64,000 nt of DNA, taken from Nemertoderma westbladi (lineage: Eukaryota; Animalia; Xenacoelomorpha). A model generated the notes under the pieces. The model saw only the letters and a list, made by a program, of their open reading frames with translations, ran no database searches and had not been told where the DNA came from. Made by a program: the position numbers and the translations under genes. Location of the stretch: NCBI GenBank assembly GCA_032718475.1, contig JAUCBJ010007223.1:1885-65884 (forward strand), read 5' to 3'. Below are positions 25,376-38,000 of the stretch, one piece after another; positions within the stretch are counted from its first letter, which is position 1; each line of letters opens with the position of its first letter.

Positions 25376-26368
25376 TAGAAGCATTGTAACAACAAATAAA
25401 TATCATCCACGTTTCCCCTACCAGACGTGCGTCTTTGGTATTATTACGATAAATGCCCTAGACCCAGCCAATAAACGGAAAGACATAAACATCCACGGAA
25501 ACGTTGTGTTAAACACAGTTGTGCTCGTTATATTTACTGGAGTTTCGAGCGAAACTTGTTTGACGTATCACCTATGCTCACTCGGCTCGAACGATCCTGG
25601 AGTAAACCTACGATCAGAGTCCCGGAATACTCGGTCAAACCTCCTCATTCCTTAGTTGGACCTCAGACCTGCGATCCTGGTGGTGTCGCGGATCCTCGCG
25701 GACTGTATTCACTGTTCAAAGATCTAGTGCTACCCTAACAATTAATCGGTAACACTCCGACAGTGGTTTCTAGCTAGCCGCCCATCTTACCTAGCCGGAT
25801 TGTGACGCGAACACCTAATATCACTATCCAACCGTATGGTCGTCCCCGTTTAACGCGATACAACCCTTCATCAAGGTGAAGGAGAGCGTTGTATGAAACG
25901 AGTTAAACGCTATTCTATAAAGATCAAAAAAGAAACCTGCGTTTGTTCAGATAAACGTAAGTTATAACAGTAAGTCCAATCGATAAACGAATTGGCCTTA
26001 TCTCAGTTCGATTGGGAAATCTCGAATCTCTAAGAAGATATCAAGCTTAGAAAACCCTATTCTCTGCGAGAGTTTTGGACGAACGTATCCCATGACAAGC
26101 GGAGGAAAATCAGCTCGAGGAGAAGCATATCGAAATGGACGAGACACCGACCGTAAACCCAAACCTTCTAATGCAATTGTATTGCACCCTTTACCCAGGA
26201 GTTATAGCCTTTCTAGTAAAGTGGCTCGCCCCAAAGAGAAAAGGACTCTTGCTGGCCTCGGGAAACTGCGTGAACGCCGTCCGCGCAAGAAAAACTAACT
26301 GTTTAGAGTATCTTTATGTTTTAGAAACTGTGATTTTTATATTTTATAGACTGAAAATCCCATTTTCT

Positions 26369-26376
26369 GGGAGCGG
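26369..26376 (+). promoter_or_regulatory. Polypurine tract
   Basis: GGGAGCGG directly before the TG of the 3' LTR. Confidence 0.6.
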
Positions 26377-27596
26377 TGTAAAAGCTTTTGCGGAATTGCC
26401 CGGTTATTTTTCCTTATTTTTCCCGTAAAATACTCTGTAGTTGGTTTAGTAGGCGTAGGAGGCCGTATTATTGCTGTATCGGTGTTTTTTAGAGGACCTA
26501 AGAGCTATTTCTTCCGTATGTGTACTTTGGAAGACATGGTTGGTGATTCTATGGCAATTCTATGACGCAAAAGGGGCTAGATACTCTTGAACAGTAGTTA
26601 CTATGACGACGGTTAACAGCTGATATTCATACGTGTCGATTTTCTTTGTTCTACGGCTTCTCTTAGTTCAGTCAACCAATCAGAGCGTTTTTACGGCTCT
26701 TGTACAGAAATTTCCGAGAAATCACGCAATGCATTATGGGCAGTGTTATCATTCTGTCCTGAGCCAGGAAGAACGGCTTTGGAATATTTTGTGCTGTTCT
26801 GCTTTTAGCCTAACACTAGTAGGCTTAATTATAAGGACATATATCCGTTATCTGTGCAACTCAATACTTACCTACTAACCTAACTCAACTGGGCAATGCA
26901 TATATCTTGTTGTACATACTTTTATATTGTTATACTGCTATTTACTGTCGATTATTCATTATATGGTGATGAAATATTATATTGGAATAACGAGAAATAA
27001 CCCCGAAAACCCAATATTCTTGATATACCGAAGGTAAGAGAGACAGGTTACATATAACGATTGTGACTTATGTTAAAGTGGTTTGAAGTGAATCTAATGT
27101 TATCTGATAGACCCTACATGAGTCGGTCTGTGTTCCTTTTATATGTGACTAAAATCAGTGAAGATCGGCAGATCAGTGTGCAGTATTGTGCAGCATTGTG
27201 TATGAGTGAGACTGATAACGAAGCATTTCCTAAAGAATGCGCCATATATGTGAATTGTAACTAAGCCATATCGTTGCGTGTAGTTTAAGTCATAACTCTG
27301 TTTATATAGATAGAGCGCCACGTCCTAAAGGAACTGCTAATATTCCCCGAAGGTGAATAATATTGTCAGAGATTATATAACACGATCAGTCGAATAATAC
27401 AGTAGGCTTACATAGCAATACGATTAAGCCGTCGAACCCAATCTCCCGGGTATATCCAGCGGGTGAATGATCGCGCACGGATTGGTTTCAACTAGTGTAG
27501 TGAATCAAATACTTGTCAGAGGCTAAAAGCGATTTATTATCTAGAAGACATCCTAATTTGGCGGGTTAAACTGCCAAAGGTCTGAAAGCGCGAACA
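26377..27596 (+). repeat. 3' LTR of copy B (1220 bp)
   Basis: TGTAAAAGC...GCGCGAACA; equals 7421-7625 joined to 10431-11447. Confidence 0.93.
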
Positions 27597-28914
27597 GGGG
27601 GGGTGGGGGGGGGGGGGTGTTACCATCTTTCCTATGTTCTTTGACAACCTTACACTCACTACTGTATATTGTATTGTATTCTGTGGTGTACCGGTACATC
27701 TTTAGTTACAGTTTCAAGCCCGAGGAACGGATTACGTTCAGATTTGAAATTACTTTCATTTTGTCATTCCCCAACTGCGTTTTATATATAATAACTTTGC
27801 AATTATCCTTGCCACGCTTTATATTTTTACTGGTCGTATAGTATATACTTACTGGATAACTATGAAAAATTTTGGCTAAGTGCAAAAGGTTCTCAGTTCA
27901 TCCGAACCATACACAACCCACCACCGAACCACCCCTTCGCGGACGAACCATTCATACACAACCCACCACCACTTCACAGCCGAACCATTCATACACCATA
28001 CGAACCATTCATTCATACCACCGAACCAAATTCCATGTGCGGCCGGTGATTGGCTAATTCAAGAGCTTTAATTTTAGATACTTTTGATTATTATAGTGAT
28101 AAATTAAACAAAGCACAATATTTCGGAAATATACTCTCTGAGAATTAGCGACATTCCATAGCGCGACAGCGCCTACAGCGCCCACCGCGCCTACTGAATT
28201 GATGAACAATGCATATAAAATCTAGCACATCCCCAATTTATTTAATTTATAAAATAGGTCCTACATGCTACATGATACATTACATTGCCCACCTGCGCTA
28301 TACATTTAATAATTAAGTAGACAATTATTTTCTAACCAATCACACTTCAGATATAGTAAGTGGTTTACTAACTACCTGCATTTTTTATAGTCATCACTTT
28401 CATTTATTTTTCTTTTACTAAATGTTGTTATCGTTTATAGTAGTTTCCAAAAGTTTCCAAGTTGTAATGCCTATTTACATCTTTTAGATGTAGATGTGCT
28501 ACACGTAACGCAAAAGTACAATTTTCTTCACCGTTTGGTCTGTGTCCTCCCAAACACACAGCCTATGATCATAACTACGAAGTGTCAGTTAGAACAGACT
28601 GGGTCTGAAGCTGTAATTGCTGCTATACAGTTTCCTGCCTGATGCTGACCAGTAATTTCGCCAAAATGACTACAGAATAGCCCAATGTGACCACAAATAA
28701 CGCATTCCCCAAGCAGCATACACTGTACTGTACGTGTAAAATTTGTCACAATAAATCGACGGTTCACGTGCTTGGGATGCGAACTTGTGATCAATGTAAC
28801 ATTAGCTCTGATAGGTGGTCGGGTGTTAAAAAGGATTAGCTAGGACAGACACATATACAGACAGATAATATTTATATGCTGTATATGGATATATTTGTAT
28901 ATAGATAGATGTGA

Positions 28915-31635
28915 TTGCTAGTAATTTTGTTCGCAGATGATTTTGTATTTTATACTTCAAATAAAGAAGAATTACAATGTGCGATAGACAAGTTGCACAG
29001 CTATTGCTCAGAAAATGAATTAACTGTGAACTTAAAGAAGTCGTAAATAGTAAAGTTTAGACGAGGAGGACGGTTGATAAATGATGATAAATTTTATTAT
29101 AATGATAAAGAAATCGAAATTTCAAATGAATACTGTTACGATGTATGGTGTTGTGTCAGAAACAGCTCATTATTCAGTACAAAATAAATTAGAGAAGTGT
29201 ATATCAATACGCAATTGTAGTATAATTAGATTAGGTAAATAAAATCGACAAGTTCGTTTTATATTCATTTAATTTTATACAGTATGTAGCTTTAATTACG
29301 TATATTTTATAATAAAACCGCAGTGTATTAATTTACGGTGGCAAAGATCTACAAATCTAGTATACAAATTTGCCGTTATATAATATCTATTGAATCTACT
29401 TAATAATTGTGCGAAATTCGCCTATATTTCTATATTAATCGATATTTGTGCTAAATCTTCATTTAAATTGTACTTTTAATAATTGCCAAATTAATTTAGG
29501 GCATTTGTGCGTTCCTGCTCGCTGGTTGGTCGAGAGCCCAGCTGGGAGGACCCTGGATCTGGACTGATCATGTGAGAATGACTGAGATTGCGTCATTATT
29601 CAGTTTTTTGTCAGCCATCTTGAATTTCTTAAATTCGTGTTTCTTACTGACTGGAACTTTGCTGCTTTCTGCTTATAAAATGTGACTTTGATAAATGATT
29701 ACTGCTACAGATTCATGATTTTGATTAACTCTGATTGTATTATAACTGCTACAATGTAATAAATCTCAGTAATCTTTGTTTCTTCGAAAGACTGCCTGAT
29801 TGTTTGATGCATTATTATGCCTTTACGATAACAGTTCTCTTTAGCATGCAAGGCTAAAGTAGGCGTAGCGGGCGCACTACCCGGGAATGGCGACGGAGTG
29901 AGTAGAGGATCCAATGCACGGCAGTGCCGGCAAGGCGAGTGAATGTTTGGGACGGGCTGATTGAAGTCTAGGACTGGGGACCGGTCACCTTAAGGTGGTG
30001 AGGGCAGGGCGATCCAGATCCTGTCTCTCATTGTTTTTAAGTTAATTTAGAGGGGGAAATCATATTAGGCCTAGGTGACCTTGGGTTTTCACACTAATAA
30101 CCGAGCTAAAGGCTAAAAAAGGCTAATGTTAGTAACTGAGATAACAGCTAACGCTAAGCTAAGTTAATGACACAAATGCGATACGGTAAGTTTGCCTGTT
30201 GTATTGTTTAGAAAGTGTTTGATTCTTTGCTGTAATGTTTTAGATAGACGCTATTTCTTGATTGTTTTCTATTTCTGAAATGAATGCTTGCTTGATTTGC
30301 ATTTAGGTCAAATAATACAGTATTTAGGCTGACTCTAGTGTAACCCAGAAGCGTAACTAGTTGGTGTTACAATTCTGGAATACATTAATTTAGGTAGTTC
30401 GCAACTCTGTATGTTTAAATAATTGTAGTTCACACCAGTATTTAGGGTAAATAAAAGTTCATATGCTGCATAGTGGAGAGTAGTTTAGTTATTTACTCTT
30501 AGGGAATATTTGAACGAATCTATGCTAGGCGGTTATCTGAAAATAGCGGGTTCGCAAGTTCCACAATAGTCACAAGTGTCACAAGCAAGCAGTGATATAG
30601 CTGATTACAGTCAGCACAAGGTCCAAAGTAGTGGTTTTGGGTAAAAATAAAATATACTTGTCCGTTTGTAACATTAAATATTCTCCAAATCAACATTCGA
30701 TTACCTGATGAATTGCTTTCTTTCTCTGCGAAAAGTGAACAGAATGGAGTTCTGATTCACCTGCACTCATATTAGTAGCCTGGGAAGCCAAAATCGGATT
30801 TATTGTTTTGGTTATTTCTGTTTCGGCTTGCGTTTGCTTGATTAGCTTGATATGTTATAGTTTGATTAAACCAATTTGTTTCATTTGAAAATACAAACAA
30901 ATCAAAAGAAAGAAAGCCCCCTTTATTAGGTGTGATTTCTTTACAAATACGAATACCTAGGAGTAACGCTTCAGTCTAGCTTGACGTTCACACGGTATTT
31001 AAAAGAGAAGCGAGTTAAAGCAGCAGCCGAGTCAGCATCCATTAGGAATTTACAGAGATTATCACTCGAAGCTGATAAACGATATTTTAGTATAATGATA
31101 CAAGCTATTGTTTGTTACGCCATAGAATCATTCTGGTATGACCTAAAAGAACACCATCTAGAATTAATCGACGGTTGTTTATTTGATTTTATGAAGAAAG
31201 TACTTCGTCTCCCCAGTCCTCCTTATGTACAATATGCCTCTATTGACAGAAGAACTTGTATCTTCTGGGAGAGTAAGCCGCACAGCCGCGTTTGACAAAT
31301 ATCTCCCCGGGGTTGAAGGAGTTCTTTTTATCGCCAGCAATGACTCAAAGAAGATGGACTGAAACAAAATACGCTAAACGTCATCTAGTAACAAGACTAA
31401 GTTCCCGCGGATTCCACTTTAAGCTCTGTAATTGTAACGACAAAGATGAGTCTTCTCCATTTCCATGATATTTGTAAACTCTGTGGAAGCTCCTGTACAC
31501 TTCTGCATGCTCTTGAGTGTCCAGTCATCAAACCCCACGACCTTCACTATCTCTATAAAATATCTTAAAAGTCTCGAAATATTATGACTTACTATGAATC
31601 AATTTTACCACTTTTAAACTATTTATTTATTTACT
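28915..31635 (+). pseudogene. 5'-truncated, degenerate non-LTR retrotransposon (RT C-terminal half), split by a solo LTR
   Basis: LFADDFVF...LTVNLKKS*IVKFRRGGRL...NEY then EYLGVTLQSSLTF...KKVLRLP and a terminal CKLC...HALEC knuckle; stops and frameshifts; short (TATT)n tail. Confidence 0.8.
29134..30945. mobile_element. Probable solo LTR (1812 bp)
   Basis: TGTTAC...TTACA ends; 5-bp TSD AATAC (29129-29133 and 30946-30950); removal restores NEYEYLGV in the LINE frame. Confidence 0.8.
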
Positions 31636-31858
31636 TAAACAATAACTAATACTAACAGGCCGAAAGATGCCTCCTTTTAAAGTATATATTTTATTTATGG
31701 GTGCAATTTTATTTGGTTTTATTGAAATACATACGCCCCTCAGATAAAGATATATATATAGGCATAATTGTATAATTGTACTCTTGTAATTTCTCAGATT
31801 GTGAAAATATAGTACAGTACGAAACGATTTTATTTGACATACTGGTATTTACTAATAT

Positions 31859-32200
31859 ATGAAAATCAAGTTGTCTTCATTACTTAAAGAAATGATTTTA
31901 CCCACGATGTTGGCCACCCTGGCCATCCTATATGTCATAACCAATCTGGTAACTTCATCACTTGGATCATTATATAGCAACAGTTTCTGTACAAACACGA
32001 TAACAGTTGGAGTATCAGTTGTAACGTCATCATCCCACTTCTGCAGCATTGAGTGCGAGAAAATACATCAGGATTGTTTGGGGTTCAGCTACAGGGAAGG
32101 TGTTTGTACGATAAATCAGGAGGATTGTCTCGCGGAGATGAATGATTGGGAGGAGGCGGATACAGGAGAGAAACGGTGGATCAGTAGAGAAAGAGGTTAG
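31859..32200 (+). CDS. Small putatively secreted PAN/apple-domain protein (or first coding exon)
   Basis: Hydrophobic N-terminus (MLATLAILYVITNLVTS); CSIEC...CLGFSYREGVCTI pattern typical of PAN/apple; possible donor AG|GTTAGA at 32195/32196. Confidence 0.6.
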   Translation: MKIKLSSLLKEMILPTMLATLAILYVITNLVTSSLGSLYSNSFCTNTITVGVSVVTSSSHFCSIECEKIHQDCLGFSYREGVCTINQEDCLAEMNDWEEADTGEKRWISRERG

Positions 32201-32789
32201 ATACGAAAAACGGTAGAACGACAGAATGGCAAAATTTAAGCAATGAATTTTGATGCTAAAATCAATATGTAAATCATCAGAAAATTTCCGAAAAACAGGC
32301 CATTTATGCCTTTTCACTACTACTATTACTACTAGGTCAAGCAACTCGGACTATGGAAATGAGGTCATTATAGTCTTTCCTTCTCCATGGATGTCATAAT
32401 TTCACTTCTTCGAAATCCAGTATCCCTTTCAAGTGTTCAATGCCTGCCTTTTTACCCTAAAAGTAGATACTGTGAATCTTAGTCTGCTTTCAAGTATTGC
32501 GTAATGCCCACACTGTAAAGCATTGAAAGTCACTACTATCCAGGGACCAGAGTAAGAGCCGAGCATGGACTGCCATATAGCATAACAAAGTCTTAAAGAA
32601 TAAATCGAAGCTAAGAGGAAGTGGGAACAAGTTTAAGAAGTTTATCTTTCTGAGGAGAAGTAGCTCAAGCGCCGCATGAATGATGCTTATAAAGAATGGT
32701 GGTCTCCATGATCTGAATAATCCCAATGGGTTATATGTGTCTCCTTTGAGATGGGTTCGAAACAAAGAGTGACAATTCGTCGACTACCT

Positions 32790-32990
32790 GTCCATACTTG
32801 GACGTAATTGTGATTACTGAAAGTCACCGCGACCTATTCTTTAAATACTGCAGTTGGTTAGGTAATGCACGTTCTATATCAAATCGGAAAGCTAAAAAAT
32901 GCTTTGGGAGGGTTGGGGTACTAATTAAAGATTTGGTATTCAGTAGTTACAATGTAAAAATTTTAGAAGAATTCGTAGACCTTTTGTTGG
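32790..32990 (+). pseudogene. Degenerate LINE APE endonuclease fragment
   Basis: LDVIVITE...GRVGVLIK resembles the N-terminal APE motifs. Confidence 0.4.
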
Positions 32991-33437
32991 TTTCAAAAGT
33001 TCAGTTCAGTTTAGTTCATCAAATAGTTATATATCAGTATATAGTACAGTATAGTATAGTATAATTATACAAATACAATAACTGCCAAGCTCATTGTGTA
33101 TACCTGCAGTCGTGTGTACTGTACTGTATAAGTAGGGGCAATAGTCTCTGCATTAGATATTCTAGTATCTAGTACCTACCAGCCTACTGCAGTGCAGTAC
33201 CGGTTACCAGCCTGACCTGTTGTCAGAAAGACTAACAATTACATACTGAATTACTGACTGACTGATACGAGTTTGGTCAGTTGGTGCTGGAACTTGTTAT
33301 TTACATCCTAAATTGCTATTTTGTGGCCGATGGTGTATGTTACCGGTAACCAAGTAGTCCTTGCCGGTAACAACCAACATCTGAACATCTGAACATGGCT
33401 GCATGGCCTGGCCTTCCCTAGCGAAGTCAGGATTTAC

Positions 33438-34442
33438 CGGTAAAACGAACTTAGATCCCGCAAGGCCTGACTTTGATGAACTTGTATCTTTCCGAACTTA
33501 GGTCCTATCTGGGTGAACTTAGATCTTTACAAGTGAACTTTAGATCCTAACTACAGTAGGTGAACTTAGATCCTAACTAGGTGAACTTAGATCCTAACTA
33601 GGTGAACTTAGATCCTATCTAGGTTAACTTAGATCCTAACTAGTGAACTTAGATCCTATCTAGGTGAACTTAGATCCTAACTAGATGAACTTAGATCCCA
33701 GTTTATGTATTAAAAGCCTTTGTAATCATCATGCTCGTCACGAAGCGAACTTAGATCCCACGTTGAAAGCAACGCGAACTTAGATCTTAGGTGGACTTAG
33801 ATCCCAATTTATACAAATTCCTTAGCACACGCTACAGTAGAGGAGAAAGCGAACTTAGATCCCACGTGTACTGTGCGTTGGCCGCGTTCTATCGATATTA
33901 TACAGTAGTATATTGTACTCTGTTACATTAAGCATATAAAATTAATTATAATGATCTAATGCAAATAAGTCATACACTAAAACCAGTTGCGATCCCGATC
34001 AGTGACTCACCAACACACCACAATTTGCCAATTAATAGCTAATTGATTGCAATGTATTGTTGGTGGGATCTAAGTTCGCTTCCGAATAATTACCGTGATA
34101 ATATTTATATCAAGGTCTGCTGGCCTATGGGAATGACATTTCACATTAACACATCTACGGTACAGCAATATAGGCGAGGTGGGATCTAAGTTCGTATGTT
34201 GAGGATCCAAGTTCCTATGGGAAGGATCTAAGTTCGTATGGGAAGGATCTAAGTTCGTATGGGAAGGATCTAAGTTCGTATGGGAAGGATCTAAGTTCGT
34301 ATGGGAAGGATCTAAGTTAGTATGGGAAGGATCTAAGTTCGTATGGGAAAGATCTAAGTTCGTATATGGGAACGATCTATGTTCAACCAAGATCTAAGTT
34401 CGTTCAGGATCTAAGGTGCTCTAGAGGAACCGGATTTACCGT
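33438..34442. mobile_element. Foldback-like element with inverted arrays of a 21-bp repeat
   Basis: GAACTTAGATCC arrays at 33447-33862 and inverted GGATCTAAGTTC arrays at 34066-34415; termini and TSD unresolved. Confidence 0.55.
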
Positions 34443-34481
34443 GTGCCAGTCCTTGCTTCAGTAGTCCTTGGTATTGCTGTA

Positions 34482-34767
34482 CGGTATGCAAATTTCCAAT
34501 TGGGGTGTAGTTTCAGCCTTCCCTTAAGGTTAATGTTAAATTAATATTGAAAAGTAAAAATACTGTAAATTACTGTAAACTGTGTTCCTCAATTTAGTTT
34601 ATTGTTTTGGTTAGAAAAGCCTTCCATTATGACCTGCTACTTTCCTTTAAAAGGTTCCTTAAATGGTAAATATCGAAATTAAATATTTTCGAAACGAATT
34701 GTTAAACTAAATGTTAATTATGCTAAAATGGGCTGAAACGACACCCCAATTGGTAATATGCATACCG
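34482..34767. mobile_element. MITE with ~37-bp imperfect TIRs
   Basis: CGGTATGCAAATTTCCAATTGGGGTGTAGTTTCAGCC ... GGCTGAAACGACACCCCAATTGGTAATATGCATACCG. Confidence 0.65.
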
Positions 34768-34923
34768 GTATGTCTAGGTAAACCATAGTAGTAGTAGTAG
34801 TAAGAATATACACTTACAGCCACTTAGAGTAATTGAGTAATAATTTAACACGGTGCTTAATTTGGTCTGTTCAAATGTTATCAGTTTAATAAATGATATT
34901 TTACGTTACAAATTTTACATTTT

Positions 34924-35061
34924 ATGTTAAAAGGAACGCTGGTATGCATCGACTGCGATTTGGTTTTTTGTGAAGAATGTCTAGAATATCATTCGAAGAT
35001 GCGAAGATTTAATGACCATAAAGTGGTGAATCTTGGAGAGTGGACAGATAGGGATGCCCAG
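34924..35061 (+). CDS. Exon: B-box 1 (partial)
   Basis: CIDCDLVFCEECLEYHSKMRRFNDHKVV; ends CAG|GTATGG; may begin at an acceptor at 34934. Confidence 0.8.
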
Positions 35062-38000
35062 GTATGGTTGGAGATTGAACAGATAGGGATGCCCAGGTAT
35101 GGTTGGAGAGTGGACAGATAGGGATGGATGCCCAGGTAAGGTTGGAGAGTGGACAGATATGGACGGATGCCCAGGCAAGGTTGGAGAGTGGACAGATATG
35201 GACGGATGCCCAGGTAAGGTTGGAGAGTGGACAGATAGGGATGGATGCCCAGGTAAGGTTGGAGAGTGGACAGATAGGGATGGATGCCCAGGTAAGGTTG
35301 GAGAGTGGACAGATAGGGATGGATGCCCAGGCAAGGTTGGAGAGTGGACAGATATGGACGGATGCCCAGGCAAGGTTGGAGAGTGGACAGATATGGACGG
35401 ATGCCCAGGTAAGGTTGGAGAGTGGACAGATATGGACGGATGCCCAGGTAAGGTTGGAGAGTGGACAGATAGGGATGGGTGCCCAGGCAAGGTTGGAGAG
35501 TGGACAGATATGGACGGATGCCCAGGTAAGGTTGGAGAGTGGACAGATATGGACGGATGCCCAGGTAAGGTTGGAGAGTGGACAGATAGGGATGGGTGCC
35601 CAGGCAAGGTTGGAGAGTGGACAGATATGGACGGATGCCCAGGTAAGGTTGGAGAGTGGACAGATAGGGATGCCCAGGCAAGGTTGGAGAGTGGACAGAT
35701 ATGGACGGATGCCCAGGTAAGGTTGGAGAGTGGACAGATAGGGATGGATGCCCAGGCAAGGTTGGAGAGTGGACAGATATGGACGGATGCCCAGGTAAGG
35801 TTGGAGAGTGGACAGATATGGACGGATGCCCAGGTAAGGTTGGAGAGTGTTCAGATAGGGATGGATATGTCCAGGTAAGTTTGGAGATTGGACAGATAGG
35901 GATGGATGCCCAGGTAAGGTTGGAGAGTGGACAGATATGGACGGATGCCCAGGTAAGGTTGGAGAGTGTTCAGATAGGGATGGATATGTCCAGGTAAGTT
36001 TGGAGATTGGACAGATAGGGATGGATGCCCAGGTAAGGTTGGAGAGTGGACAGATATGGACGGATGCCCAGGTAAGGTTGGAGAGTGGACAGATAGGGAT
36101 GGGTGCCCAGGCAAGGTTGGAGAGTGGACAGATATGGACGGATGCCCAGGTAAGGTTGGAGAGTGGACAGATAGGGATGGGTGCCCAGGCAAGGTTGGAG
36201 AGTGGACAGATATGGACGGATGCCCAGGTAAGGTTGGAGAGTGGACAGATATGGACGGATGCCCAGGTAAGGTTGGAGAGTGTTCAGATAGGGATGGATA
36301 TGTCCAGGTAAGTTTGGAGATTGGACAGATAGGGATGGATGCCCAGGTAAGGTTGGAGAGTGGGCAGATGGATGGATGCCCAGGTTGGAGAGTGGATAAA
36401 TATGGACGGATGTCCAAGTAAGGTTGGAGAGTGGACAAATATGGACGGATGCCCAGGTAAGGTTGGAGAGTGGTCAGATAGGGATGGATGTTCAGGTAAG
36501 TTTGGAGAGTGGACAGATGAATGGATGCCCAGGTTGGAGAGTGGAGAGATATGGACGGATACCCAGGTAAGGTTGGAGAGTGGACAGATGGACGGATGCC
36601 CAGGTAAGGTTGGAGAGTGGACAGATAGGGATGGATGCCCAGGTAACGTTGGAGAGTGGACAGATAGGGATGGATGCCCAGGTATGGTTGGAGAGTTGAC
36701 AGATAGGGATGCCAAGGTAAGGTTGGAGAGTGGACAGATAGGGATGCCCAGGTATGGTTGGAGAGTGGACAGATAGGGATGCCTAGGTATGGTTGGAGAT
36801 TGAACAGATAGGGATGCCCAGGTATGGTTGGAGATTGAACAGATAGGGATGGATGCCAAGGTAAGGTTGGAGAGTGGGCAGATAGGGATGGATGCCCAGG
36901 TATGGTTGGAGAGTTGACAGATAGGGATGGATGCCCAGGTATGGTTGGAGAGTGGACAGATAGGGATGGATGCCCAGGTATGGTTGGAGAGTTTACAGAT
37001 AGGGATGGATGCCCAGGTATGGTTGGAGAGTGGACAGATAGGGATGGATGCCCAGGTATGGTTGGAGAGTTGACAGATAGGGATGCCCAGGTATGGTTGG
37101 AGAGTGGACAGATAGGGATGCCCAGGTATGGTTGGAGAGTGGACAGATAGGGATGCCCAGGTATGGTTGGAGATTGAACAGATAGGGATGCCCAGGTATG
37201 GTTGGAGATTGAACAGATAGGGATGGATGCCCAAGGTAAGGTTGGAGAGTTGACAGATAGGGATGGATGCCCAGGTATGGTTGGAGAGTGGACAGATAGG
37301 GATGGATGCCCAGGTATGGTTGGAGAGTTTTTCAGATAGGGATGCCAAGGTAAGGTTGGAGAGTGGACAGATAGGGATGCCCAGGTATGGTTGGAGAGTG
37401 GACAGATAGGGATGCCCAGGTATGGTTGGAGATTAAACAGATAGGGATGCCCAGGTATGGTTGGGGATTGAACAGATAGGGATGGATGCCAAGGTAAGGT
37501 TGGAGAGTGGGCAGATAGGGATGGATGCCCAGGTATGGTTGGAGAGTTGACAGATAGGGATGGATGCCCAGGTATGGTTGGAGAGTGGACAGATAGGGAT
37601 GGATGCCCAGGTATGGTTGGAGAGTTGACAGATAGGGATGGATGCCCAGGTATGGTTGGAGAGTGGACAGATAGGGATGGATGCCCAGGTATGGTTGGAG
37701 AGTTGACAGATAGGGATGCCCAGGTATGGTTGGAGAGTGGACAGATAGGGATGCCCAGGTATGGTTGGAGAGTGGACAGATAGGGATGCCCAGGTATGGT
37801 TGGAGATTGAACAGATAGGGATGCCCAGGTATGGTTGGAGAGTGGACAGATAGGGATGGATGCCCAGGTGTGGTTGGAGAGTTGACAGATGGACGGATGC
37901 CCAGGTATGGTTGGAGAGTGGACAGATAGGGATGCCCAGGTGTGGTTGGAGAGTTGACAGATGGACGGATGCCCAGGTATGGTTGGAGAGTGGACAGATA

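Larger units (their letters stand above)
7421..27596 (+). mobile_element. BEL/Pao-like non-autonomous LTR retroelement, copy B (both LTRs present, with nested insertions)
   Basis: Paired LTRs with TG...CA ends, flanked by G runs (7408-7420 and 27597 onward; a GGGGG TSD is compatible). Purine tract before the 3' LTR. Gag with three Cys/His knuckles, protease, and RNase H C-terminal remnant. Confidence 0.9.

Noticed and set aside
26092-26428. Possible integrase C-terminal remnant before the PPT
   Set aside because: No HHCC, DDE or recognisable BEL integrase tail motif; similarity too weak to call.
34070-34390. (HTNLDPS)n ORF
   Set aside because: Translation of the 21-bp repeat arm of the foldback element.
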